From the NCBI GenBank assembly GCA_030390025.1, contig CM059432.1:26600001-26664000 (forward strand): a stretch of 64,000 nucleotides of DNA. The letters are read 5' to 3'. A program made the translations under genes and the position numbers. Below the pieces are notes generated by a model. It worked only from the letters and a program-made list of their open reading frames with translations, was not told the DNA's origin and searched no databases. The DNA is from Squalus acanthias. Its lineage: Eukaryota. Shown piece after piece: positions 12,084 to 25,179 of this stretch (position 1 is its first letter; each line of letters begins with the position of its first letter).

Positions 12084-14149
12084 GGGGGAGAAATTCCCTA
12101 CATTATCGTCACCTGTTAGCGCAGCGTAATGTGCAGAAAGCCAGCTGGTGGCGGATCCCACGGCGTCCTCCATTTTCGTAGTCCTGGTAGCACTGCCGGT
12201 AAGTAGCATCACCAGGACGATCTTCGACCCTAGCGCTGGGTCCTAAGCAAGCCAGGTAAACCCAGCGTGCAAGCACACTGACAGTGGCGCTGTCAGCACC
12301 TCTTAAAGGGATACGCACATCTTACAGGTAAATTTGCATTTAAGCTTTTGGACTGGGTTTTCTTTATTTTTCTGAAGTAGTGGCTCGCTGCAATACATGT
12401 TAAAAGTTTTTTAAGTATGTAGGGAGTGCTTCTGGAAGCTTGTAAGGGCTCGGATGGTAAAGGAAGGCCTCTGAGAAGACAGAAAATGCTGGAAATACTC
12501 AGCAGGTCAGGTAACATCTGTGGAGAGAGAAACAGAGTTCACGTCTCAGGTTGAGATGCTGCCTGACCTGCTGAGTCGTTCCAGAGGAGGAAGCAGAAGA
12601 GAAGGAAACAGAAAGAAGGATGCAACCCAGACAACCCCTTTGTGGCCGGGATATCCGGGATGGAATCATCCGCCTGCAGTACCAGTGACCACACCTCCAA
12701 TTCCCCTTTCAACATTAGTCCCACACCTTACCTTCCCTCTGCTACTGACCATCACAGCGCCCTCTTGGCCACGATGCTGAAATAAAAGCCACCACAAAGC
12801 AAGCTTTCCAATCCAACTTTATACATCTATCCATCCAATATGACATCAAGAAATCAACTCATCACCCTTATGCATTCTCAGTGACTGTCTTGTGTGTGCC
12901 TTTGCCTATCCTCGTGATGTCACGCAGTGCTACCCCAGTGGCTGCAGCATGGCTGGTGGAAGGCTGCTGTCTTTCATTGGGGGACACTTCAAATGGCCTT
13001 GCTGGTCAACTTTGAGGAGCTGGTGGCTAAGAGTGTCAAATCGAGTGACGGTGTTTCTTCTTCTTCACTCTCCTTCTTCTTGGCTAACCACTGGGTGGGC
13101 AGGCTACATTTCTTGGGTGTGTAAAATGAGGAAGGCACAATGCTGGAGTTGTGGTCACGGGAGGGTGGGAAAGCATGGGGTGCATGCCGGAAGGAGGAAA
13201 ATGTATGAGGATACCAGCATCTTTTATCCTTTCAGCCCTGCCACTGGCCAAGGGCTCAGCCATGCCCCTGCCAAGAATGGCCTGCACGTCTCCTCTAAGT
13301 GCGTGAGGTGAGGCTAGGAATGGGAGATGTGCCTCGTGATTGGTACAGACTGTTGGTAGGTGAGTGATTGGGGGTGGTGGGTGTTGGGGAGAATCATGCA
13401 TTGAGCAGTGTGTGAGGCTAGTGATTCAGTTGGTAGGAGACGGCTTTTGAAGATGCATTCACTGACCTTGACCAGTGGTCTGAGGTCATGAAGCTTCTTT
13501 GGGCACTGAAGCCAGGTGGTGGGGGGTGACACTACTGGCAGTGACAGCCACAGTGATGTAGTCCCACATCGTTCTTTCTGGAGGGCCTCCTGGCCCCTGT
13601 GGGTAGAGGACCTCTCCTGCAGTGTTGACCCCCTTCACAAAGCTGGAGTGCTGCTTGTGTGACCCTGGCTGCCCCTTCCCTGGCTTGCTGAGTCATTTGT
13701 GTTAGTGCTGAAGCACTTTTTTCCCATTTTTTGATGTTCGGAAGGGAATTCGGCTTTACGTGGGACTTCTTTTTAATGTTAATTATTTTTGAAAGGCAGT
13801 AAGGGCTTAAAAATGCATTTTTTCACTTGATTTTAATTTTTAATAGTTCTGAACACATTGCCCCTTTAATTCAGAGCCCTTTTAATTGCCCACAATTCAT
13901 TGCAAACGCCACAGCCTCGCTCCCAGAGGCTGTAAGAAGCTGCAACACCGCTCCAGGACGGGAACTTGGGGTCGGATGGCTCCACTAACGCCACCAAGAG
14001 GGCGTTACACTGTAAGTTAGCGCTGAGCTACAAATTTTTAGCCCCCAGCACGAATTTTTACTCGGTAGCGCCACAGCCATTTTCAGCGGCCGTAAACCCG
14101 AGGCCGCAGAGACATCGGCAGGTTTCTGTCGATGTCCAATTTCTAGGCC
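12084..14149. mobile_element. Non-autonomous Harbinger element with a Myb exon remnant (minus strand, ~13465-13700)
   Basis: Termini GGGGGAGAAATT / AATTTCTAGGCC, TSD TAG/TAG. The minus strand gives ...TTWLQCPKKLHDLRPLVK followed by a GTCAGT donor. Confidence 0.7.
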
Positions 14150-14699
14150 TAGGTTTTTTTCACCTTTTCTTCCTGGCCCCCCACCCCCCACCCCACCCCC
14201 TGCTGCCTCCTTTCCTGGCCCTGATGCCTCCTGAAAAGTTTTACGTCACTCTGCTAATCCCATCTGCTATATCCCTTTGCCTGCCCTGCCCTTCTCCCAT
14301 ACCCGCCACCTCCCAACCCCCATAGCCACTTCCTCCCTCTACCAGGCTGTCAGTTTGTTGCTTTCCACAGGACTGCACCTCATACCACCTCCCACCCACG
14401 TGGCGGAATGGAGAGAGAAGCAGGATGGGGGGGGTGGAGAGGGTAGAAAGTAAAAATTTAAGGTAAGATTAAAGGGGAATAAGGGGAAACATAGCAAAGC
14501 AAGACTGGAAGTTAGAAAGAAGAGGAGGAGACAGAGGAAAAGAGGAAACGATAAAGAGGAGCACGGGATATGATTGGGTGGGTGATCAGACACAACAGCA
14601 GTAAACCAAACAGGGACACAACCTCACATGTTGAGCAAGTTACTGTGAGGACATGGCATATTGTGTAGGTGGAGAGGAGTTGGTGCTGTACGAGCACCT

Positions 14700-15530
14700 A
14701 TCATAGAATCATAGAATGATAGAAATTTACAGCACAGAAGGAGGCCATTCAGCCCATCTTGTCCGTGCTGGCCAACAAAGAGCTATCCACCCTAATCCCA
14801 CTTTCCAGAGCTTGATCCGTAGCCTTGTAGGTTACGTCACTTCAAGTGCATATCCAAGTTCTTTTTAAATGTGATGAGGGTTTCTGCCTCCACCATGCTT
14901 TCAGGCAGTGAGTTCCAGACCTCCACCACCCTCTGGGTGAAAAGATTTCTCCTCAAATCCCCTCTAGACCTCCGACCAATTACTTTAAATCTATGCCCCC
15001 TGGTTATTGACCTTTCTGCTAAGGGAAATAGGTCCTTCCTATCCACTCTATCTAGGCCCCTCATAATTTTATACATCTCAATTAGGTCTCCCCTCAGCCT
15101 CCTCTGTTCCAAAGAAAATAACCCCAGCCTATCCAATCTTTCTTCATAGCTAAAATTCCCCAGCCTAGGCAACATCCTCGTAAATCTCCTCTGCACCCCC
15201 TCTAGTGCAATCACATCCTTCTTGTAATGTGGTGACAAGAACTGCACGCAGTATTCTAGCTGCGGCCTAACTAGTGTTTTATACAGTTCAAGCATAACCC
15301 CCCTGCTCTTATATTCTATGCCTCGGCTAATAAAGGCAAGTATCCCGTATGCCTTCTTAACCACCTTATCTACCTGTCCTGCTACCTTCAGGGATCTGTG
15401 GACATGCACTCCAAGGTCCCTCTGATCTTCTGCACTTCTCAGTGTCCTACCATTTATCGTGTATTCCCTTGCCTTGTTAGCCCTCCCCAAATGCATTACC
15501 TCACACTTCTCCGGATTGAACTCCATATCT
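14700..15530 (-). mobile_element. CR1 LINE 3' fragment
   Basis: ORF 14837-15535 (QRDLGVHV...LVRPQLEYCVQF...WNSLP) plus the (ATTCTATG)n tail, seen as atcatagaatcatagaat on the plus strand. Confidence 0.92.
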
Positions 15531-16825
15531 TGCAAGGAAGGTGGATTGTTACCTCTTTCGCGCTCCTTTCTGTTTTCACCCTGTGACCCTTCAGCCTACC
15601 ACCCAACAGTCAGCCTGTCCCCTCAGCACATCCCTCCACACTAAGCGCAATTCGTAACCTGCCTACATACCTATCTAAAGCCCTTCTCCAGCTCCCCATT
15701 TCTCCCACTGACAGAACCAAGAATAAATAGCGAGACAACACAAAAGTCACAGAAGTCAAAACGACAGAAGAAAGAGAGAAGAACAGAAAACTGAAAGGAA
15801 AGACAGAAAAAAGGGTACATTGAGAAACTAAACCAACAGCATGAGCACTACAGAAGCAGAAATACCGAGACCATGTCCTGCGATTTACCATGGACAGGGC
15901 CGCAGGAGAGCTGCTAATATGCATTATATTAATAGTATGTGATGTACATTTAAATGTGAACCAGGAGGGTGAACTAAATGAATAATCAGAGCGTTAATAT
16001 AGCAAGGATCTTGGCACTGCTGCAGCTGTGTCGTTCAGTATGTGAAATGTTTCAAGCAAGGAGTGATTCATTCAAACAGCCTACTTTGCCGTGAATTTAT
16101 AATTGACCCTGATGGTTAGTTACCCTTTATCAGATTCGTCATTTGTTTCATACTGTAAAATTGTCACCGTTATTCTGACGCTTCCTTACTCCCTGGCTTG
16201 ATAGCATTGCAGTAGCTACTAAGCATCGATTCCTCCTCTTAATCCTTGAAATATGGAAAATCTTTGCAGCTTTCAAAGCCAGTCACATCTTTTCTTTCAT
16301 TCACAGTAATCCAACCCCCCTCATCTGAAATCCAGACCCAGCAAACTGTCTTCTCCTCTAATTCTTGTAGATTTGTTAAGTATCCAGGCTGATGCCATCT
16401 CGGTCCAGCCACCTAATCACTGCCACTTTTTTCAAACCTGTAATTCAAAACCCTCCTTTACACCTACTGCATATCAATTACAAAAATAATGGATCTCTGA
16501 TTTCAAAGGTGCAATCTTATCAAAGGGTTCAGATGCACTCTAAAAATAAACCATCTGAACCTCTCAATGAGGTCGAATTTGAGTGGCCTCGCCTGACGTT
16601 AACAAAGTGGTAACACCCTCAAAATGGGATCGGTAGCCTTACCTGTTAACAGGCAGTTAAATGGCTGTAATCCCCTTCCCGCCTCCAGGAGGTGGGACCG
16701 GCGTGGGTAGGCTACCCGCCCCCTGGGAAGATGGCGCGGAGACGGGTTGGGGCCCCCAGTTTCTGCCATTTTCCCGGCAGACCCGTCTCCAAACCCGACT
16801 CCCCAGGGCTGCCAAGATCGCGCTC

Positions 16826-19800
16826 GTGAGTTCAAATCCCACCACGGCAGCTGGGGAATTTAAATTCAGTTAATTAAATAAATCTGGAATAAAAAGCTAG
16901 TATCAGTAATGGTAACCATGAAAGTATCGGATTGTCGTAAAAACCCATCTGGTTCACTAATGTCTTTTAGACAAGAAAATCTGCCATCCTTACCTGGTCT
17001 GGCCTATATGTGACTCCAGAGCCACAGCAATGTGGTTGACTCTTAACTGCCCTCCGAAATAGCCTAACAAGCCACTGAGTTGTAAAAAAATGCTGCGAAA
17101 AACAATAAGAATGAAACCTGACAGACCACCTGGCATCGACGTCGGCACCGGCTACAGACACGGCAACGGTACACCCAGCCCAGTCAATGCTGCAAACTCC
17201 TCCTCATCAACATCTGGGGACTTGTGCCAAAATTGGGAGAGCTGTCCCACAGACTAGTCAAGCAACAGCCTGACAGTCATACATTTCAGCCAATGTCTCA
17301 AACTCCTTCATCACCATCACCATCCTACCGGCAGGACAGACCCACCAGGGGTGGCGGCACAGTGGTATACAGTCGGGAAGGAGTGGCCCTGGGAGTTCTC
17401 AACATTGACTCCGGACCCCATGAAGTCTCATGGCTTCAGTTCAAGCATGGGCAAGGAAACCTCCGGCTGATTACCACCTACCGCCCTCCCTCAGCTGATG
17501 AATCAGTACTCCTCCATGTTGAACACCACTTGGAAGAAGCACTGAGGGTATCAAGGGCACAGAATGTACTCTGGGTGGGGGACTTCAATGTCCATCACCA
17601 AGAGTGGCTCAGTAGCACCACCACTGACCGAGCTGGCCAAGTCCTGAAGGACACAGCTGCCAGTCTGGGCCTGCGACAGGTGGTGAGAGAACCAACATGA
17701 GGAAAAAATCTACTTGACCTCGTCCTCACCAATCTACCTGTCGCAGATGCATCTGTCCATGACAGCATTGCTAGCAGTGACCACCGCACAGTCATTGTGG
17801 ATATCAAGTCCTGTCTTCACACTGAGGACACCCTCCATCGTGTTGTGTGGCACTGCCACCGTGCTAAATGGGATAGATTCAGAACAGATTTAGCAGCTCA
17901 AAACTGGGCATCCATGAGGCGCTGTGGGCCATCAGCAGCAGCAGAATTGTATTCCACCACAATCTGTAACCTCATGGCCCGGCATATCCCTCACTCTACC
18001 ATTACCATCAAGCCAGGGGACCAACCCTGGTTCAATAAGGAGTGTAGAAGAGTATGCCAGGAGCAGCACCAGGCGTACCTAAATATGCGGTGCCAACCTG
18101 GGGAAGCTGCAACACAGGACTACATGCATGCTAAAAAGCAGAAGCAGCATGCTATAGACAGGGCTACGCAATCCCACAATCAACGGATCAGATCAAAGCT
18201 CTGTAGTCCTGCCACAACCAGTCGTGAATGGTGGTGGACCATTAAACAACTAACGGGAGGAGGAGGCTCCATGAATATCCCCATCCTCAATGATGGTGGA
18301 GCCCAGCACGTGAGTGCAAAAGACAAGACTGAAGCGTTGCAACCATCTTCAGCCAGAAGTGCCGAGTGGATGATCCATATCGGCCTCCTCCTGAGGTCCC
18401 CACCACCGCAGAAGCCAGTCATTAGCCAATTCGATTCACTCCATGTGATATCAAGAAACGGCTGAGTGCACTGGATACAACAAAGGCTGTGGGCCCCGAC
18501 AACATCCCGGCTGTCGTGCTGAAGACTTGTGCTCCAGAACTATCCGCACCCCTAGCCAAGCTGTTCCAGTACAGCTATAACACTGGCATCTATCCAACAA
18601 TGTGGAAACCTGCCCAGGTATGCCATGTCCACAAAAAGCAGGACAAATCCAATCCGGCCAATTACCGCCCCATCAGTCTACTCTCAATCATCAGCAAAGT
18701 GATGGAAGGTGTCGTCAACAGTGCTATCTCCAGCACTTACTCACCAATAACCTGCTCACTGATGCCCAGTTTGGGTTCCGATAGGACCACTCGGCTCCAG
18801 ACCTCATTGCAGCTTTGGTCCAAACATGGACAAAAGAGCTGAATTCCAGAGGTGAGGTGAGAGTGACTGCTCTTGACATCAAGGCAGCATTTCACCGAGT
18901 GTGACATCAAGGAGCCCTAGTAAAACTGAAGTCAATGGGAATCGGGGGGGAAACTCTCCACTGGCTGGAGTCATATCTAGCACAAAGGAAGATGGTTGTG
19001 ATGGTTGGAGGTCAAACAGCACAGCCCCAGGACATTGCTGCTGGAGTTCCTCAGGGCAGTGTCCTAAGCCCAACTATCTTCAGCTGCTTCATCAATTACC
19101 TTCCCTCCATCATAAGTTCAGAAGTGGGGATGTTCGCTGATGACTGCACAGTGTTCAGTGCCATTCGCAACTCCTCAGATAATGAAGCAGTCCATGCCCG
19201 CATGCAGGAAGACCTGGATGACATTCAGGCTTGGGCTGATAAGTGGCAAGTAACATTCGCACCACACAAGTGCCAGGCGATGACTATCTCCAACAAGCGA
19301 GCGTCTAGCCATCGCCCCTTGACATTCAATGGCATTATCATCGCTGAATCCTCCACCATCAATATCCTGGGGGTCACCATTGACCAGAAACTTAACTGGA
19401 CCAGCCACATAAATACTGTGGCAACAAGAGCAGGTCAAAGGCTGGAAACTCTGCGGCGAGTGTCTCACCTCCTGACCCCCCAAAGCCTTTCCACCATCTA
19501 CAAGTCACAAGGCACAAGTAAGGAATGTGATGGAATACTCTCCACTTGCCTGCATGAGTGCAGTTCCAACAACACTCAAGAAGTTCGACACCATCCAAGA
19601 CAAAGCAGCCCGCTTGATTGGCACCCCATCCACCACCTTAAATATTCACTCCCTCCAGCACCGGCGTACCGTGGCTGCAGTGTGTACCATATACAAGATG
19701 CACTGCAGCATCTCGCCAAGGCTTCTTCAGCAGCACCTCGCAAACCCGCAACCTCTACCACCTAGAAGGACAAGGGCAGCAGGCGCATGGGAACACCACC

Positions 19801-20048
19801 ACCTCCAAGTTCCCCTCCAAGTCACACAACATCCTGACTTGGAAGTATATCGCCATTCCTTCATCGTCGCTGGGTCAAAATCCTGGAACTCCCTCCCTAA
19901 CAGCACTGTGGGAGTACCTTCACCACACAGACTGCAGCAGCTCAAGAAGGTGGCTTACCACCACCTTCTCAAGGGCAACTAGGGATGGGCAATAAATGCT
20001 GGCCTTGCCAGCGACGCCCACATCCCATGAACGAATAAAACAAAAAAA
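16826..20048 (+). mobile_element. Near full-length single-ORF LINE (APE endonuclease + RT; CR1/L2 group) with a tRNA/SINE-like 5' head; frameshifted pseudogene
   Basis: Endonuclease motifs (NIWGL, DRPTRGGG, YRPP, GDFN, LDLV, SDH), RT motifs (PQGSVL, FADD) and an A-rich tail. No ORF1: the endonuclease begins ~370 nt from the 5' end. Confidence 0.92.
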
Positions 20049-20422
20049 CTTTGGATAGCTCTGTCAAAGAGCCGACACAGGCACAATGTGCTGGATGGGC
20101 CTCCTTCTACACGGTAAGATTCTATAATTCACAAAAGTCGCTGCCAAGTCAATGGAAAGGATATCGGTCGGGGCATATAACGGGTGGCCAATCCACTACC
20201 ACCTGTTTTGCACCCCTACCGAAGTTGAATTTTACCCCCCAGGTCTCTTATGTTTTTAACTACTCCAGACAGAGGGTGAATGAAGTGATGAGTCCTACTG
20301 AATATCTTTGGCATGGGTTAGGCCCACATAACTCTCCTGCTTCAAATTTCAGAATTGCCTATTTCTTGTCCCTTCTCTCCCAACTCTACACATGGTTAGA
20401 ACTCTGCCAGGTGAGACTCTAT

Positions 20423-22206
20423 GGGCTGGATTTTCCCTGTAGAGGCAGGATGGCGGCGGGATAGCTGGTTGGCGGCTTCTGATCTTGCTCCCGTCTGCAG
20501 CCACTCTCTCAAAAAGATTTTTCATAGATTGGCCTTGTTAAGCCCGCCCTGCGGGGCTCCTGGTCAATTAAAAGGCAGCGGGTCTGATGAAGCCATTTGA
20601 TGATGCGTCATCAGCCGGTTTCCTTAAAGGGACCACGGCCACATTGATTTTGACAGTTGTGCTGTCAGTGTTCTGCAGCATTGAGGTGCTGCAAACACTG
20701 ACAAGCACTGCACAAAGGTGCACATCTGCACCCAGGCTCACGCATGACTCCCTCCATATGCTTATGGAGGGAGTCACAGCACGCAGGGAGATTCTCTTCC
20801 CTTCCCATGGGCGGAAGAGACCTCCTCAGGAGATCAATGCAGTCTGGTTGCACATTGCACAGGAGGACACAAGCAGGGATATCGTCAGGAGTGCCTGGCT
20901 GCAGTGGCGCCAACCTTTCAATGATCTCAGTAGATCACGAAACGTTACTGCAATGCCACAGTCAAACTCACCCTGCTGTGCCACTCATCGCATCCCCATC
21001 ACTCTGCCTTCCATACCCTACTCCTGCACATCCTTACTCACACCAACTTACCTTGCACATCCACCCATCCCTCTCTGTCTACATTATCAATTCCCCATCT
21101 CCCTAGCCACTCCTCACACTCACCCTCATCCTACTGCAAGCATGCCAACTAACAACACACAAGGGTAGGCACTTGAGAGGTTTAGCCAATGTTCATGTGA
21201 AGTTTCTGGTAATGTGTTGTCATACAGTGAAATCTATAGTTTCATCACTTCAGCTTATTGAACAGATCTGAGCGCACCTTGAGAAGTATCTTACTGAGTT
21301 CCAGTGAATGTTGAGACATAACTTCCCCACCACCCCCCCTATAGTGATGAGTGTGCATGGAATGGCTTGGACATTATAGGGATGCTTTACGGTGCTGGTG
21401 TGGGATGGTGTCAACCTGGCGCATCATGTGGCAGCCAGGGTTTACAGCGTCAAGTGAAGTAAATGTGGCCATGGTGATGTCATCGCTGGCCTCCCGGGCT
21501 GCAATGTGTCCTGTGCAGCATCAGGTGATGGCGGAGAAGGTTGGTGATGTTGTTGTTGGTGATGTTGGTGATGTTGGTGTGCCTGGTGATGTTGGTGTTG
21601 GTGCTGATCATGGAAGGATTCAGAGGACCAAGGTGTGATTTTTCCAATGGCACCGATGTTGCTGGAATAGATGGCAGCTGCAGGTGAGATGACAGAAGCG
21701 ATCTGTCACTGGTGAGAGAGGTTCTCCCAATGAGGTGGCACTGGACATACAGTTGGCTCTAAACACTTGCAAGCTAAAGAAATCTCTATATGTCTTACAA
21801 ATGCAGTAACCAACAGTTTCTGAACTCTGAAACTGAATATCTGCAACATGGCATCCTTTACACCACTTCTGCAGCTGTCAGCTTATCAGATACATCGAAG
21901 CAGACTCAACTCACGACAGAATGAGCTGGCGTGTTCCCCGAGCAGCGGGTAACCCGTGGGGGAGCACGTAAAATTGCAAGGTAGGCTCAAAATAGCATTA
22001 AATTGGCTGTTAACAAGCCATTTAATTAAATAAATTGTCTCCCCCGCCGCTTGGTGTCGGGTCAGTTCTGCGCAGACAGACCTGACACCTGGGAGACTCG
22101 AGTGGAGGTGGGTTGACAGCGGGTTTCCTACCCGCTGTCAATCTTTGCTATTTTGACAGCGGACCCACTCCAAACCCACACTCTGAGCACTGGCAAAATC
22201 CAGCCC
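20423..22206 (+). mobile_element. Non-autonomous Harbinger element retaining a Myb/SANT exon (~20690-20945)
   Basis: TIRs GGGCTGGATTTT / AAAATCCAGCCC, flanks TAT/TCT. APRLTHDSLHMLMEGVTARREILF...WLHIA...WRQPFNDL is Myb/SANT-like. Confidence 0.8.
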
Positions 22207-22842
22207 TCTGTTACTCTACAAAGCTTGCAACTGTTTTTCTCCAGGGTACCGTGATATATACAACCAAAATGTTGTAAAGATTTCTCAAACAGAGCTCTGG
22301 CTTTAATCAGCAGGAGCTGTCGATGTCCATCTGTCACATCACAATGTGTAAAAGAGATCTTCATATTCGATGTTAGGGCATCCTGAAACTGTCCTTCCTA
22401 GTGAAAACTAATCGGATTGATCCAGGATTTTAAAAGAATGTGTCAAGATAGTATCTACTTGACAGGCTGCATGCACAGTTCAGGGTTAAATGATGAAACA
22501 AGACTCTCTGTACCTTAGAGTGTCCTACTCAGCATGCTTTTAATAAAGCAACTTTATGTGCATAGTTTCATGTTTAATATACAGAGAAAGGTCTAAAGTT
22601 TTTTTTATGTCTTCAGCCAAACCATTCCCAATGATCTGAGATGCACTTAAATTAGTTTGTCCTGTTGCCTGAGCCTTTAATCATTTATTAAAGGAAATCT
22701 CAGGGAATGGAAACCACAAAGCACATTAAGGGACTTTACTTCCTGTCATCCTCAGTGTGAAACAAAAGCCCCGATATTTACGGGGTGGCGCGTTCGGAGC
22801 GGAAGATACGGGTTTCCCGGACGTCCTGTAGATATTAAGGGG

Positions 22843-23313
22843 AAAAAAAGACTTGCATTTATATAGCGCCTTTCACGACCACTGGACGTCCCAAAGCGCT
22901 TTACAGCCAATGAAGCAATTTTGAAGTGTAGTCACTGTTGTAATATGGGGAACGCGGCAGCCAATTTGCGCTCAGCAAGCTCCCACAAACAGCAATGTGA
23001 TAATGACCAGATAATCTGTTTTTTTAGTGATGTTGATTGAGAGATAAATATTGGCCCAGGACACCGGGAATAACTCCCCTGCTCTTCTTCGAAATAGTGC
23101 CATGGGATCTTTTACGTCCACCTGCGAGAGCAGACAGGGGCCTCAGTTTCAGGTCTCATCAGAAAGACGGCACCTCTGACAGTGCAGCGCACCCTCAGCA
23201 CTACACTGAGATTATCAGCCTAGGTTTTTGTGCTCAAGTCCCTGGAGTGGGACTGTGAACACACAACCTTCTGACTAGGCGAGAGTGCTACCCACTGAGC
23301 CACTGGCTGACAC
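22843..23313 (-). mobile_element. Deu-domain tRNA-derived SINE
   Basis: Reverse-complement match to 4547-4995; TSD GATATTAAGG at 22831-22840 and 23315-23324. Confidence 0.9.
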
Positions 23314-23559
23314 GGATATTAAGGAATTAAAGGGGACAAGGAAAGCACCATTGCCAGCGGTGCAGAGGCCCGATCTTCGAGGCTTCTTCTCTATTAGGTG
23401 CCCACAGCTCACCGGTTCGAGATGATAGTAAGGCCCGAAGTCCAATATTAGGTGCACCTCGGGCCTATCCATTCAGGCACAGCGATTGATCCCCTTTGTT
23501 CCTACTAGATTTAGAAGCAGCCTATCTCTCCTGTACCAACCCTCTTTGTTCTGAAATGG

Positions 23560-23950
23560 TCCCAGTTATTCATGAAGGTAGCATTATTGTTTTCACATCA
23601 TGCTGCCAGCCACTCTTTAAATCCTCAGTTTTCTTGGTGAACTCCCTTCCTTTCCCAAACACCAAAAGTATACCAGACAATATTACTTTGCATCAGTATC
23701 TTTGAGTTTAAAGGCAGTCCTCATGTAAATGACTATTGCGGCCGTTATATTATTTCTCCCTTTGTTGTTTACTTCTATGTAGACTGCCATCACTACAGCC
23801 CTCCTTATGCCCTTCAGTACCCCTTCTAACCTTTCCTCAATAGGTATTGTTCTGGCTCCAGTTAGACAACTCATCATCCTGCTGCCATTGTCTTTATAAC
23901 ATGCACACTCCTGAGCGAAGAATCCTCTACAACTACAATCTCTCTGTGAC
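23560..23950 (-). pseudogene. Old, degenerate CR1 ORF1 (SGNH esterase) fragment
   Basis: SCLTGART...LEGVLKG...VVMAVYIEVNN...KLK...VILSGIL aligns with ORF1 at 59824-60771. Confidence 0.55.
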
Positions 23951-25179
23951 TTGAAACTGCATTTTAATCCAAAATATGGGGGAGGGATGAGACTTTTGTC
24001 TGTGATCCCGCCTGAAATCGGGCTGTCTTAAAATTATATCTGGGCCATTCAGGAGGGAAATCACAAAGTAGGGTGGTGGAAATCTTAAACTCTGCCTCAA
24101 AAGGCTGTGGATGCTAGTTCAACTGAAATTTTCAAGACTGAGATAGATAGATTTTTGTTAGGTAAGTGTAGCAAGCGATAGGGAGCAACGGTAAATGGAG
24201 TTACAGATCAACCACGAGCTAATAGAATGACAGAAAAGGCTCAAGGAGCTGAATGGACTACTCCTGTTCCCATGTTCTTACGCATCGTGATGGACATGGT
24301 GGGAAAATGTGGGAGGCCTATGTCGTGATTTCACTCACCCTGCTCCAGTCGGGGCTGCTGCTACCAACATCTTCCCTGCCCGCCGCTTGTAAATGATGAC
24401 AGAATAATGCGGGCCAAGTCCCAGCAGATTTTCCTTCTTTCCGCCCGCATTACTGCCACTTCCCAGGGCCATCCTTAGGAACGTGGCGGTGGGCCTGGGG
24501 ATGTGGGTGTTTGGCTGTGATGTTCTTGCAGTTAAATAACCGGCCCCGAATATCCATAGACAGTGGCCCTAACAGAATTTGCAGGGTCAGCAAGAGGGAA
24601 CCTAGATTTGAATGGAGCCAGCAGACGCCTGCCCCACTATTGGTGCATCTCCTGTGCCCACCTGCTCCATGTGTCCTGAAATCAGGGGGCCAGTCCCCAG
24701 GTCCACCCCTCTCTGAGATCCCATACATTCACATTTCTTTGGGAGTTCAGGCTGTTCCCTTCACCTGGACGCCACCCCCCCCCCCCCCCCCCCCACACCT
24801 GGTGGGAGCCCACTTGCGCTCCTCTGGAGGCTGGTATGCCTCTACTCCCTCTTGGTGTACCAGCCTTCAGTAATGCAACATGGAAGTAGTAACACACAGT
24901 GTACGTAATCCCTGCCTCTGGCTCTACTCTGGCTTGGCGTCCTCGGTGTCATTGGCCTGATAAGGGAAAGGCAAAGGTTCAACCATTTACAAGGCCAACT
25001 GGGAACTACCAGAGTTGACAGGGACCTGGTATATCAAGTAGATACACCGGAGTTGACAGGGACCTCAAGTAGATTTGTGGCTTCATTGTCCAGCCTCACA
25101 CATGAAGAAAATATACTGTGCTGAGGTATTAATGGTTGACTGAAAGAAAAAGAAATAGAGATAAATCTTTGCCTGCCAT

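Noticed and set aside
22237..22390. Possible host exon (ORF MKISFTHCDVTDGHRQLLLIKARALFEKSLQHFGC; duplicated at 53436-53672)
   Set aside because: No recognisable protein family and weak splice sites; the recurrence is explained by the segmental duplication.
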